From contig DKND01000044.1 of the NCBI GenBank assembly GCA_002470605.1, positions 44,410 through 100,130 on the forward strand: a DNA stretch of 55,721 bases. Reading direction: 5' to 3'. This DNA comes from Opitutia bacterium UBA7397 (GTDB lineage: Bacteria; Verrucomicrobiota; Verrucomicrobiia; Opitutales; UBA953). Position 1 is the stretch's first letter, and the number at the start of each line of letters is the position of its first letter. A model generated the notes under the pieces. It did not search any database and was not told where the DNA came from. It saw nothing but the letters and a program-made list of their open reading frames with translations. The translations under genes and the position numbers were made by a program. Below are positions 28,947 to 38,653 of this stretch, piece by piece.

Positions 28947-29004
28947 AATTCTATCCTAATTAACGGTTAATTATGGGCTTCCGGCATGTTACTTTTCGGT
29001 AAAT

Positions 29005-30177
29005 TTAACGCGGGGACCAAAAAACCTCAAAATCATCGAATTTGGCCAGACGGATCTTGGCGGCAGGTAAATGACCGTGACGGACGACATCCCCCCGCCC
29101 GAACAGGGCTGCCAATTTCTTGACTTCATGCTTCGAGAGGCCGCGGGTCGGCACTTCCACGGCTTCAATCAGGCCCTGACGGACCGTGATGAAGCGAAGC
29201 AGGCCTTTGATGATCTGCACATCCGAAACCAATCGCGCGCATTGTGCGGGCAGGGGAGCGATGGCGGCAGAGGTGAAAGCCGCAAAGGCATATTTGATTT
29301 CGCGCAGGTCGCGATGCAGCCGGCGATTGACGAAATCCGTCGAATCCGGCGTCTTCCAGGCGCGGGCTTCGTGATTCCAATGTTCCATCCCAAGCAACTG
29401 AGGGCAAACAGCGTCGTCGAGATCGGACCCTATCCGCGATAGAACTCCCTGGGCGCTGACCTCATCGCTTAAGCGTTGCAGGCGTTGCGCGGTGACACGC
29501 AGAGCCGGCTCAAGAATTAGGATTAAGCCACCAGGATTAAGGTGAGCCTTCAATTCATCGATCCATGCCAGCAGATGCGTCGGATCAAGCTGCGTCATTT
29601 CATTCATGACAAAACCTGCCACGATGACATCATAGGAACCTTGTGGCCAAGTTTCAGATCGAGCGGCATCCCCCACACGGGAGCATACAGGCACCGCGGC
29701 CCCCAAAGTAGCTTGCGCAAAGCCCTCTAACGCGACCAAGGCCATCGGCGACCTATCCACGGCAGTCAGTTTGATCTTCGCATCCGTCAATTGCGCGAGG
29801 CAATGCGCAGCGGCGACACCGCAAGAACCTGGACCCGATCCAAGATCAAGAATGGAAATTTCGCCCGAAGCGGGACGCCAATTTCGGAGCTCATAGGCAT
29901 GAGCCAATGCAAAGGAGGTACGGACGAAGCTCTGGGGCAGAAAAAATATCCCATAACCAGCCAACAATTCGAGATCGGCGAAATATTCAGGAAATCTGTG
30001 CTTCGGACGCTCGGTGGTAAACAGATCCGAAAGACGACCGACCGCGGGGGTGATCTTTTCCAGCGCTTCATCTCCGATTCGACCGGTAGCCTTTTCGACC
30101 TGGGCGAGCCAGAATGCTTCCGCAGCGGAAGGGTAAGCACCCCAAGCTTTAAATTCCGACATCTCTTCGACCCTCAA
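29005..30177 (-). CDS. Class I SAM-dependent methyltransferase, Rsm22-like
   Basis: 390 aa. SAM motif I ILDLGSGPGS and post-I/II acidic residues (LTAVDRS, VIVAGFVMNEM); the overall layout resembles the Rsm22 family. Overlaps the recR 3' end by up to 29 nt. Confidence 0.7.
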   Translation of the reverse strand: MRVEEMSEFKAWGAYPSAAEAFWLAQVEKATGRIGDEALEKITPAVGRLSDLFTTERPKHRFPEYFADLELLAGYGIFFLPQSFVRTSFALAHAYELRNWRPASGEISILDLGSGPGSCGVAAAHCLAQLTDAKIKLTAVDRSPMALVALEGFAQATLGAAVPVCSRVGDAARSETWPQGSYDVIVAGFVMNEMTQLDPTHLLAWIDELKAHLNPGGLILILEPALRVTAQRLQRLSDEVSAQGVLSRIGSDLDDAVCPQLLGMEHWNHEARAWKTPDSTDFVNRRLHRDLREIKYAFAAFTSAAIAPLPAQCARLVSDVQIIKGLLRFITVRQGLIEAVEVPTRGLSKHEVKKLAALFGRGDVVRHGHLPAAKIRLAKFDDFEVFWSPR

Positions 30178-30751
30178 GGGCGCTCCTCAAGGTCGCGGGG
30201 TCGGCGAAAGTCAGACCGCTACCACTTGGCAAACCGAAGCCGATGCGTGAAACCTTAATATCAGGCTTTATGGCGGTGATACTTTCACGGATGAAATGAC
30301 AGGTCGCCTCGCCCTCGATGTCATTACCTAGCGCAAGGACGACTTCGGTGATGGGCTCATCTTTAAGCCGACGCTCGAAGGTCGCCAAATTAAGCTCTTC
30401 GGGTCCGATGCCATTGATGGGTGAAAGCCGGCCGTGTAAAACATGGTAGGTACCGCGGTAGGCGGAAGAGCGCTCGATCGACATCACATCTGGGACTTGT
30501 TCGACGACGCAGATCGATCCGGCATCGCGCTTAGGATCGAGACAGACCTCGCAGTAATCAGACTCGGCCAAGCTTCCACAACGCGAACATCGGCGGACGG
30601 AGAGGGCGGCAGCCTGAAGCGAGGCAAGCAACGGCTCCAATTTGGCCGGGCGTTCAACGAGTAGGTGCAAAGCAATTCTTTCCGCCGAACGATGACCCAA
30701 ACCAGGCAAAAGTTTCAGCAACTGGCGGACTTTATCAAAAGATGGCGTCAC
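30149..30751 (-). CDS. recR: Recombination protein RecR
   Basis: Helix-hairpin-helix LPGLGHRSAERIALHLL, C4 zinc finger CSRCGSLAESDYCEVC, then a Toprim domain. Confidence 0.93.
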   Translation of the reverse strand: MTPSFDKVRQLLKLLPGLGHRSAERIALHLLVERPAKLEPLLASLQAAALSVRRCSRCGSLAESDYCEVCLDPKRDAGSICVVEQVPDVMSIERSSAYRGTYHVLHGRLSPINGIGPEELNLATFERRLKDEPITEVVLALGNDIEGEATCHFIRESITAIKPDIKVSRIGFGLPSGSGLTFADPATLRSALEGRRDVGI

Positions 30752-30899
30752 GAATGGTACCTGAGTTGAGTTTGTTGAAGAAAAATCACCATCTTATGAA
30801 GTCGTTTTATTAAGAGTTAGGAACAGGGCGAGGGAGTCAAGGGCGAGTCTAAGCTTGCTCACGGCTTGCACCCGACGGAGGGGTGCGTAAATTAGGCCC

Positions 30900-31205
30900 A
30901 TGCGCCCTCCGTTGGATCTGCAAATCATTGGAGACTTCGTGGCCATCTCCTGGGACGATGGCGCCCAAGACATCATCTCCGGCGAAAAACTACGCGAACG
31001 TTCTCCCAGCGCTGAAAACTTGGGTGAAGTCGATATCCTCGGCCAACGTTGGGGCGGGGATGGACCTCGCCAGTTTCCCGGCGTATCGGTACAAAGCCTA
31101 ACGCGAATAGGCAACTATGCGGTGACTTTTGTGTTCAGCGACGGTCACCGAACGGGAATCTATAGTTGGGACTACCTGCACAACCTCGCTCGCGAAGCAG
31201 AATAA
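30900..31205 (+). CDS. DUF971 domain protein (gamma-butyrobetaine hydroxylase-like N-terminal domain)
   Basis: 101 aa. ISWDDG..., RERSPSAEN and GNYAVTFVFSDGHRTGIYSWDYL match my recollection of DUF971. Confidence 0.75.
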   Translation: MRPPLDLQIIGDFVAISWDDGAQDIISGEKLRERSPSAENLGEVDILGQRWGGDGPRQFPGVSVQSLTRIGNYAVTFVFSDGHRTGIYSWDYLHNLAREAE

Positions 31206-31249
31206 CTTTACAGGTTGCTCCGCTTGAAATTGAGGTCATTCTCTGAGTC

Positions 31250-32785
31250 GTGAAAAAGACTTACGTTCTGGATACCAACGTTCTCATTCATGACCCCGAA
31301 TCTCTTTTTAAGTTTGATGAGCACATCGTGGCGGTGCCGGTGGAAGTCTTATCTGAGCTAGATCGTCTCAAGACCCAGCCCGGACAACTCGGCGCCAGCG
31401 CCCGACGCGTTAATCGCTCAATCCGCAGTCTCTTTGAAAATCGCCCCCTAAAGGACATCGCGGAAGGAGACCCGACCAAACCCGGAGCCCTCCATGCCGC
31501 CCTGCACGACGGCGGTGAACTCAGGGTCGTCGTCAATGAATCCCTGATTCGCGACCATTTTAACGGGAGCCGGTCCGATCGTCTGCGTGCCGTCTTCATG
31601 CAGGTCGATGCGCCTGACCATCGGATCATCGCTTCGGCTCTCTACTTGCGCGACACGGCTGACGGACCGGTCGTCCTCGTCACCAAGGACGCCTGCATGG
31701 CCCTTAAGGCCCAAGCGCTCGGCCTGGAAGTGCAAGACTATCGGAACGATCGGGTCGAAACCAGCGATGTCGGCGATTATAAGACCCTAACGATTTCCGC
31801 GGCATCGATGCATGATTTCCGCGACCTGGCCCAAGTGGAGATCAAGCTGAAGGATGAAGAATTACCGGTGATCAACGAGTATGTCATGCTCGCTTCTGAT
31901 TCATGGAGTGAACCGGCCCGACATGTCGGCGAGGGCGCCTTCGTCCCGCTGGGACTTTATCGCGAGTTTCTTTCGACGGATAGCGGCGCCCGCAAAGGCC
32001 TGCAGATGCCCCGCGGCATGCGGGTCATTCCCAAGAACTTCGAACAATGGATCTTCCTGGATGCACTCCTTAACCCCGATATCAAATTAGTGACCTGTTT
32101 CGGTCGTGCGGGTACCGGCAAGACCTTCCTCTCCATCGCCGCCGCTCTTTCCCAAGTCCTGAGCGACTTCTCCCCCTATAAGAAGCTCTACGTCTCCCGT
32201 CCTGTGGTGCAGATCGGCAAAGACATCGGGGCCTTACCTGGCACCAAGGAAGAAAAGCTCTCCCCTTATATCCAACCTTACTTCGACAATCTTGAAGTAT
32301 TGTTTTCTAAGAACGGCGCTCCGCCGGCTCCGATGGTAGCCAAAGACACCGTGGCGACCGACTCGCAGCGGAAGCAAAAAAAGGCTCAAGCGCTCAAAGC
32401 CGCTCCGCCGATTTTCGGTTCGCAATTCCAACAGGTCAATCAGCCGCGTAAACCCTACCAATGGCTGATCGATTCTGGCTTAATCGAAATTGAAGCGATG
32501 ACTTTCATCCGCGGGCGATCCATCGGTCACGCCTTCATGATCGTCGATGAAGCACAGAACATGACTCCGCATGAGGCGAAGACCGTCATCACCCGCATTG
32601 GCGAAGGCTCCAAAGTGGTGCTCATCGGCGACCTCGATCAAGTCGACACCCCCTATCTGGACGGCAAGTCCAACGGATTGATTCATACGCATGAACGGAT
32701 GAAAGGGTATGCGATTACGGCCAATGTCCGCCTTTTACATGGCGTACGGAGTGCGCTTTCGGAACTGGCGGCCAAGGCAATGTGA
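31250..32785 (+). CDS. PIN-domain / PhoH-like ATPase (PhoH2/YlaK type)
   Basis: GTG start. N-terminal PIN (YVLDTNVLIHDP), Walker A GRAGTGKTF, FIRGRSI and Walker B MIVDEAQNMT. A K/Q/A/P-rich low-complexity stretch lies between Walker A and the IRGRS motif. Confidence 0.88.
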   Translation: MKKTYVLDTNVLIHDPESLFKFDEHIVAVPVEVLSELDRLKTQPGQLGASARRVNRSIRSLFENRPLKDIAEGDPTKPGALHAALHDGGELRVVVNESLIRDHFNGSRSDRLRAVFMQVDAPDHRIIASALYLRDTADGPVVLVTKDACMALKAQALGLEVQDYRNDRVETSDVGDYKTLTISAASMHDFRDLAQVEIKLKDEELPVINEYVMLASDSWSEPARHVGEGAFVPLGLYREFLSTDSGARKGLQMPRGMRVIPKNFEQWIFLDALLNPDIKLVTCFGRAGTGKTFLSIAAALSQVLSDFSPYKKLYVSRPVVQIGKDIGALPGTKEEKLSPYIQPYFDNLEVLFSKNGAPPAPMVAKDTVATDSQRKQKKAQALKAAPPIFGSQFQQVNQPRKPYQWLIDSGLIEIEAMTFIRGRSIGHAFMIVDEAQNMTPHEAKTVITRIGEGSKVVLIGDLDQVDTPYLDGKSNGLIHTHERMKGYAITANVRLLHGVRSALSELAAKAM

Positions 32786-32827
32786 GCAACTTCCACGCTC
32801 TTTCACCAATAGGAGCTCACTCCGTCC

Positions 32828-35404
32828 TTGCCGATGGATGTTGGGCAAGTTTCCCTCACTCACGTGGAGAAAGAAACGCCCATGCAGAAGCAGTACCGCG
32901 AGATTCGAGAGAAACTCGCACCGGGTACGCTTCTGCTTTTTAGGCTAGGTGATTTTTATGAAGTGTTCGGCGAAGATGCCGAAATCGCTTCCAAAGTCTT
33001 GGGCCTGACCCTTACGAAAAGGCACGAGACTCCGATGGCAGGGTTACCTCACCATGCGGCGACAGCTTACGTGAATCGTCTGCTCGCCGCCGGCTGGAAG
33101 GTCGCAATTTGCGACCAGATGGAAGCCCCGGTGGCCGGCAAATTAGTCCGTCGGGGACTTTCCCGCATCCTCACACCTGGCACAGCCCTAGAGGATGCCC
33201 AATTAGATTCTCGCAAGGGTAACTATCTTGCCGCCATTCACTGGGACAAACAGGGTTGGCACGCCGCATGGCTCGACGTTTCTACCGCCGACTTCAGGCT
33301 GGCGACCGATGCGTCGCCGCACCGCCTTCTACCGCTGCTTCATTCCGTTTCTCCTCGTGAAATCATCCTGCCGGAAGGACTTGAAGCTTCTCCGGAACAC
33401 CGCGAAGCCTTGGAAGTATTCCTGCAAGGCCGAGCCACCTCACGCCTGCCGGGGTGGAATTTCGATATCGAAGCAGGTGCCCGACTTGTTTCGCAGACTT
33501 TATCCGTGCATGGTCTGGCCGGTTTTGGCCTCACAGATCAGCACGCTGCACTCGGTGCTGCGGGCGCGGTCTTAGGCTATGTCACGGATTCACTATGCGA
33601 TCGTCCGAAGAACCTTTTCCGGATAATCGAAACCAAATTAGGATCTTCGGTCCTGCTGGATGCCGCTTCTTCTCGTAACCTTGAATTATTCGCCACCTCC
33701 AATGGCGGAAGGGAAGGTTCACTGCTCGCAGCCATCGATCGGTCGGAAACACCCGCGGGAGCCCGCCAGTTAGCCCTCTGGCTCGCCGAACCCTCAACCG
33801 ATCTATCCATCATTCATGCCCGGCAAGCGGCCATCGGAGAGTTAGTGAAACATCCCGGGGCCTCTGCCCGAATCGGCGAATCCTTGCGGGGTATCCGTGA
33901 CATCCCGCGCATTCTTGCCCGCCTCCAAAATCGGCTAAGAAATCCCCGCGAGCTGGGCGGTATCCGCGATACGCTAAAATCCATGCCAGCCATCAAGGAG
34001 GAGCTCATCGCTTTACCTGGCAAAGCCCTTGAGAGCTACCACGTCAGGATCAACCTACAAACCGAGCTTCTCCATAAGCTCGAACAAGCCCTTGCCGAAG
34101 AACTCCCCGTCGATTTAACCGAAGGCGGAGCCTTAAAGGCAGGCTATGACCCGGAGCTTGACCGGCTTCGCGTCCTAGCCTCGGACAGTAAGGGTTGGAT
34201 TGCCGAATTCGAACGCAACGAACAGGCCCGCACCGGCATCAAATCCTTAAAAGTTAGATATAACGGTAATTTCGGCTATGCGATCGAGATTACCAAGGCC
34301 AACCTACCATCCATTCCGGCGGACTACATCCGCAAGCAAACGATGGTCAATGCGGAGCGCTTTACGACCGAAGAACTCCGCACCAAAGAACGCGAAGTCC
34401 TGCGCGCCGATGAGCAATCGCTGGCACGCGAGACCGAACTCTTCCAAGCCCTGCTTGCCAATGTCATCGAACACACGGAAGAGCTCCTGCTTACCTCCGG
34501 GACCTTAGCTGAAATAGACGTGCTTCGGGGCTGGGCCGAGCTCGCTCGGGAAGCAAACTGGACACGACCGACCGTAGACGGCTCCGACGCGTTAGCCATC
34601 GAACAAGGACGACACCCGGTCGTGGAACAAATGCTGAATGCCCGCCCTGGCGCAGGATCCTTCGTCCCTAATGACACTCAGTTAAGCAGCTCGGGCGAAC
34701 AGATCGCCTTGCTGACGGGACCGAATATGGCCGGTAAATCTACTTACATCCGGCAAGTCGCGCTTATTTCTTTACTCGCACATCTCGGTTCATGGGTACC
34801 GGCGAAATCCGCGCGCATCGGCCTGATAGACCGTATCTTTTGTCGGGTCGGAGCCTCGGACGAACTCTCGCGGGGTAATTCGACTTTCATGGTCGAGATG
34901 AACGAAACCTCGAACATCCTTAATAATGCCACGGCACGATCCCTCGTCGTTTTGGATGAGATCGGCCGCGGTACGAGCACCTACGATGGGATCAGCATCG
35001 CATGGGCTGTTGCGGAGCATCTGCACGGAACCGGAACGGAAGGGCCGCGTACGCTTTTCGCCACCCACTATCATGAGCTGACGAATCTCTCCGGCTCCCT
35101 CGTACGCCTGCGTAATTGGTCCGTTGAGGTCAAAGAGTGGAAAGATGAAATTGTCTTCGTTCGTCGGGTCGTCCCAGGAGCCGCCGACCGTTCTTACGGC
35201 ATCCAAGTGGCCAGACTTGCCGGGATGCCACCCTCGGTCGTCACACGGGCACGCGAAATCCTTGCCGGACTAGAAATAGGGGAGGGCCTTCCAGACACTA
35301 CGAAAGAAAAATCTAAGCCTGGGTCCCTCAAGGCAGCCAAAGAAAATAACACGCCGAACCTGCCACCCAAAACCGAGGGTCCGCAGTTAGATTTATTCGC
35401 TTAG
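32828..35404 (+). CDS. mutS: DNA mismatch repair protein MutS
   Basis: ETPMQKQYREIREK N-terminal mismatch-binding motif, Walker A GPNMAGKST, and DEIGRGTSTYDG. The start is uncertain: TTG 32828, ATG 32834 or GTG 32864. Confidence 0.96.
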   Translation: MPMDVGQVSLTHVEKETPMQKQYREIREKLAPGTLLLFRLGDFYEVFGEDAEIASKVLGLTLTKRHETPMAGLPHHAATAYVNRLLAAGWKVAICDQMEAPVAGKLVRRGLSRILTPGTALEDAQLDSRKGNYLAAIHWDKQGWHAAWLDVSTADFRLATDASPHRLLPLLHSVSPREIILPEGLEASPEHREALEVFLQGRATSRLPGWNFDIEAGARLVSQTLSVHGLAGFGLTDQHAALGAAGAVLGYVTDSLCDRPKNLFRIIETKLGSSVLLDAASSRNLELFATSNGGREGSLLAAIDRSETPAGARQLALWLAEPSTDLSIIHARQAAIGELVKHPGASARIGESLRGIRDIPRILARLQNRLRNPRELGGIRDTLKSMPAIKEELIALPGKALESYHVRINLQTELLHKLEQALAEELPVDLTEGGALKAGYDPELDRLRVLASDSKGWIAEFERNEQARTGIKSLKVRYNGNFGYAIEITKANLPSIPADYIRKQTMVNAERFTTEELRTKEREVLRADEQSLARETELFQALLANVIEHTEELLLTSGTLAEIDVLRGWAELAREANWTRPTVDGSDALAIEQGRHPVVEQMLNARPGAGSFVPNDTQLSSSGEQIALLTGPNMAGKSTYIRQVALISLLAHLGSWVPAKSARIGLIDRIFCRVGASDELSRGNSTFMVEMNETSNILNNATARSLVVLDEIGRGTSTYDGISIAWAVAEHLHGTGTEGPRTLFATHYHELTNLSGSLVRLRNWSVEVKEWKDEIVFVRRVVPGAADRSYGIQVARLAGMPPSVVTRAREILAGLEIGEGLPDTTKEKSKPGSLKAAKENNTPNLPPKTEGPQLDLFA

Positions 35405-36096
35405 ATTCTTTGATTCCATTCCTGGGATGCGAATTTTGCCCAGCTTCCTTCGTGATCGAACTGATTATAGATCGGCTCGGGAACTGCCACGGGGGAACTA
35501 CCAAGCGAACGACCCAGCGCTTCGGTAAAATCTTTTTCGAATCGCAACCAATTGCACTCTGGCAAGAAGGGTTGCCAGACATAACCTTCGATCAGGAGTC
35601 CGTGACGGTTGCGCTTTTGAGCCGCCCCAGCGATTTTCTTTCCGGTGTCGGTCCGGATGAGGTCGTTAGGTTCCGCACGCTGGGAGCAATCATCAGGGGC
35701 AAGGAATTCGCGGCTGCCGCTTGGCGCAGCCACCAAAGCCACTGGGAGCCCTTGTGCCTTCAAGGCCTCAGCTAAGGCCTGGTGAACGAGGGCGTAACTC
35801 GCCATGGCATCGGCTTGGCTCAACGGATGACTCGCCGGGATGACCAGCGCGAAGGTCCAATCGTTCAGGTGAGAGACCAGACCACCCCCCGTGCAACGCC
35901 GCACAAGCGGGTATGCTGCCGGCACCTGCGCGCGATATTTAGACCAAGACTGGGAGACGCCGAAAGTAAATGCCGGTTCGGACCAAGCAAAGGGGCGAAA
36001 ACGTACACGATCCTGTTGAGGATATTTCTCTAAGAGGAGCAAATCAGCTGACATGTTTGCAACCGCATCGGCGGACTGGCGCGGAAGGACGTCCAT
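35401..36096 (-). CDS. Biotin/lipoate A/B protein ligase family protein (short LplA/LipM-like)
   Basis: 231 aa with RRCTGGGLV and the conserved lysine motif KIAGAAQKR of the BPL/LPL catalytic domain. It has no LplA C-terminal domain. Confidence 0.7.
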   Translation of the reverse strand: MDVLPRQSADAVANMSADLLLLEKYPQQDRVRFRPFAWSEPAFTFGVSQSWSKYRAQVPAAYPLVRRCTGGGLVSHLNDWTFALVIPASHPLSQADAMASYALVHQALAEALKAQGLPVALVAAPSGSREFLAPDDCSQRAEPNDLIRTDTGKKIAGAAQKRNRHGLLIEGYVWQPFLPECNWLRFEKDFTEALGRSLGSSPVAVPEPIYNQFDHEGSWAKFASQEWNQRI

Positions 36097-36098
36097 AA

Positions 36099-37064
36099 TC
36101 AGTAATCTATCCCTTTTTCGATTAAACGCACGACCTTTCGGCCGGTTTCCTTTTCATACCAATCTTCGCAGCCACGCGGGACGCGTAATTCGCCAAGTTG
36201 TTCATCGAAAGCTTGGACGGGCGTCTTTAATTTTCCAGCCAAGGGATGAAGTTGCAGGCTTAAGTCGCGAGGTCTTGTACCTAGGTTAGGAGCCGTCGAG
36301 CGGAGCGAAGCCACGATAAGCTTATCAGCATCAAGCCCGAAATGTTCAGCGATGCGCACACCCATCTGATAACGACTGAGCGCATCCGCACCCGCCCAAT
36401 GATAGACGCCAGAGAGATTAGACCTTTCGCAAAGCTCGACGGCCACATCGGCAAGATTGCTCAGCGCCACCGGCTGACGGATTTCGTCCGTGAAAAGAGA
36501 GGTCGGCCGCCCGGCCACCCAGTCGCGAAAAAGTCTTTCGTGCAACCCACGATCACCCTTGGGCGAGTTGCCGTTAATCAAAGTCGTCCGAATGACTGCC
36601 GCGTGCTCTCGGCCATATTTCAGAACCTCGATCTCGCCGGCAGCTTTCGTCTTTCCATAAAGATGAAGCGGGGAGGGCACGTCCGTGTGCTGATACCTTC
36701 CAGCTTCGCCATCAAACACCATGTCCGTTGAAAAATGAATGACTTTCCCGCCAAGGTGAAAGGCGAGTTGGGCCAACTGACGGGGCAATAAATGATTAAT
36801 CTTATCTGCTAACGAAGGATTTTGCGTACAAGCATCGATCGTTGCCAAGGCTGCGCAATTGATGATGGCCTGCGGGAATTCTTCGAGAATCAATGCTTCC
36901 AATTTCACCTCATCGGTCAGATCTAAGGCTAAAGCTTGGCGCGCTCCTTCGATCGTCGGGAGACGCGTTCCTCCTAACGCGATAACCTGATGGCCTCGGC
37001 GCAGTGCAGACAGCACGACCTCACGGCCAAGAAACCCCGTCGCACCTGTGACCACAATTTTCAT
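36099..37064 (-). CDS. SDR-family NAD(P)-dependent oxidoreductase, dTDP-4-dehydrorhamnose reductase (RmlD)-like
   Basis: Rossmann motif MKIVVTGATGFLG and catalytic YxxxK (LYGKTKAAGE). I prefer ATG 37064 to the ORF-track start at 37136. Confidence 0.75.
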   Translation of the reverse strand: MKIVVTGATGFLGREVVLSALRRGHQVIALGGTRLPTIEGARQALALDLTDEVKLEALILEEFPQAIINCAALATIDACTQNPSLADKINHLLPRQLAQLAFHLGGKVIHFSTDMVFDGEAGRYQHTDVPSPLHLYGKTKAAGEIEVLKYGREHAAVIRTTLINGNSPKGDRGLHERLFRDWVAGRPTSLFTDEIRQPVALSNLADVAVELCERSNLSGVYHWAGADALSRYQMGVRIAEHFGLDADKLIVASLRSTAPNLGTRPRDLSLQLHPLAGKLKTPVQAFDEQLGELRVPRGCEDWYEKETGRKVVRLIEKGIDY

Positions 37065-37163
37065 AGCCACTTCTATGCCTACACCAACCCAAGTGGCAAG
37101 CGGGTACAAGTTTTCACCCACGCTTGCCAAAACCATCCGAAGTCACATTGATTAGGCTTATCC

Positions 37164-38261
37164 ATGGGTTCATACTCCGATCTAGCCAACCGTCCAGTAC
37201 TGACTCAGCCCGTCTACGAGGCCGGGCGACCAATCGAAGTGGTCGCGCGTGAGTTCGGCTTAGACCCAGCTACGGTGATCAAATTAGCCTCCAATGAAAA
37301 CCCGCTTGGCCCATCCCCGCTTGGACTCACGGCCGCCCGTAAAGCCCTTGAAGTTTGTCACCTTTATCCTGATGGCGGCTGCACTTTCCTTCGTGAAAAA
37401 TTAGCCAAGAAATGGAACCTGGCACCGCATAATTTCGTTATCGGTAACGGCTCCAACGAAGTCATGATCTTACTCGCCCAAGCGTTCTTACGTCCTGGGG
37501 ATGAAGTCGTCTTCGGCTCCCAAGCATTCATCGTCTATAAGCTCGCGACGATGCTATTTGGCGCGACGGCCGTCGAAGTGCCCATGCCCGGCTTTAGGCA
37601 TGATCTCAATGCCATGCGGGCCGCGGTAACTAGTCGCACGCGTATCTTATTCTTGGCCAGTCCGAATAACCCCACGGGCGGAACGGATGAGCCCGCCGAT
37701 ATCCTGGCGCTCGCCGCGTCTCTTCCCGAAGACGTGATTTTCTGCTTAGACGAAGCTTATGCCGAATACCTTGAGCAATCTGCAGACCTTCGACCCCTGA
37801 TGGCTTCGGGTCGTAAGGTCGTGGTCAGTCGTACTTTCTCCAAGGCTTACGGTTTGGCCGGCTTGCGCGTTGGATATCTCATGGGTTCGAGCGAAGTCTG
37901 CGGATTACTTAATCGCGTACGCCAACCATTCAACGTGAACTTGCCCGCCTTGGCCGCCGCCGAAGCCGCCCTCGATGACGTTGCTTTCGTTACCCGCACC
38001 AAGGAAGTCAACGCCCAGGGCTTAAGACAACTTAGTGCCGGCCTAAAGGCTTTAGGCTGCGAATTCATCGAAGGAAAAGCTAATTTTCTGGCGGCCAAGA
38101 TACCGCAGGCCGATGAGGCCTTCCTGCACCTTCAGAGAGCAGGCGTAATCGTTCGTCCCCTCAAGGGATATGGTATGACGGGTTGGTTACGTCTCACCGT
38201 CGGCACCACTGCCCAGAATGAGCGCCTTTTAAACGAGCTTACCCAACTGATTTCCCGATGA
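37164..38261 (+). CDS. hisC: Histidinol-phosphate aminotransferase
   Basis: LASNENPLGPSP and the PLP-lysine motif SRTFSKAYGLAGLRVGY; 365 aa. Confidence 0.9.
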   Translation: MGSYSDLANRPVLTQPVYEAGRPIEVVAREFGLDPATVIKLASNENPLGPSPLGLTAARKALEVCHLYPDGGCTFLREKLAKKWNLAPHNFVIGNGSNEVMILLAQAFLRPGDEVVFGSQAFIVYKLATMLFGATAVEVPMPGFRHDLNAMRAAVTSRTRILFLASPNNPTGGTDEPADILALAASLPEDVIFCLDEAYAEYLEQSADLRPLMASGRKVVVSRTFSKAYGLAGLRVGYLMGSSEVCGLLNRVRQPFNVNLPALAAAEAALDDVAFVTRTKEVNAQGLRQLSAGLKALGCEFIEGKANFLAAKIPQADEAFLHLQRAGVIVRPLKGYGMTGWLRLTVGTTAQNERLLNELTQLISR

Positions 38262-38653
38262 ATTTCGATGAAGCCGTCCGCCTGATCCGTGCCAAGGATC
38301 CGCGCTACCAGGCACAAGCCTACGATCTCGTCAGGGTCGGCTTAGATCACGCGCAAAAAATAGTCTACGGCGAAGCAAAGAAAGGGAAAAGCCTGGTCAA
38401 CCGACATGTCACCGGCCCTCAGTTACTGGAAGGCTTTCGGCAGCACGTCCTGACGACCTACGGACCAATGTCTTACCCCTTGCTCCAAAACTGGGGCCTG
38501 AAGAAATCCAGTGACGTGGGTAATATCGTGTTTAATATCATTGAGACCGGCATGTTTGGACGTTCGCCTGAGGACAACTTGGAAGACTTTGCAGAGGTCT
38601 ATGACTTCAAGGAGACCTTCCATAAGCCGTTTGAACCCGGCAACTCCAACTAA
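38258..38653 (+). CDS. Conserved hypothetical small protein (resembles the PVC-restricted Minf_1886/TIGR04138-type family, from memory)
   Basis: 131 aa; its ATG overlaps the hisC stop (ATGA). The sequence (HVTGPQLLEGFR..., FNIIETGMFGRSPEDNLEDF) looks like a family I recall as restricted to Planctomycetes/Verrucomicrobia. Not verifiable here. Confidence 0.55.
   Translation: MNFDEAVRLIRAKDPRYQAQAYDLVRVGLDHAQKIVYGEAKKGKSLVNRHVTGPQLLEGFRQHVLTTYGPMSYPLLQNWGLKKSSDVGNIVFNIIETGMFGRSPEDNLEDFAEVYDFKETFHKPFEPGNSN

Noticed and set aside
31250-32785. PIN-PhoH protein as a toxin-antitoxin or defence element.
   Set aside because: The fused PIN plus PhoH2 architecture is a widespread housekeeping-type family. 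There is no small antitoxin ORF next to it, and it sits between DUF971 and mutS.
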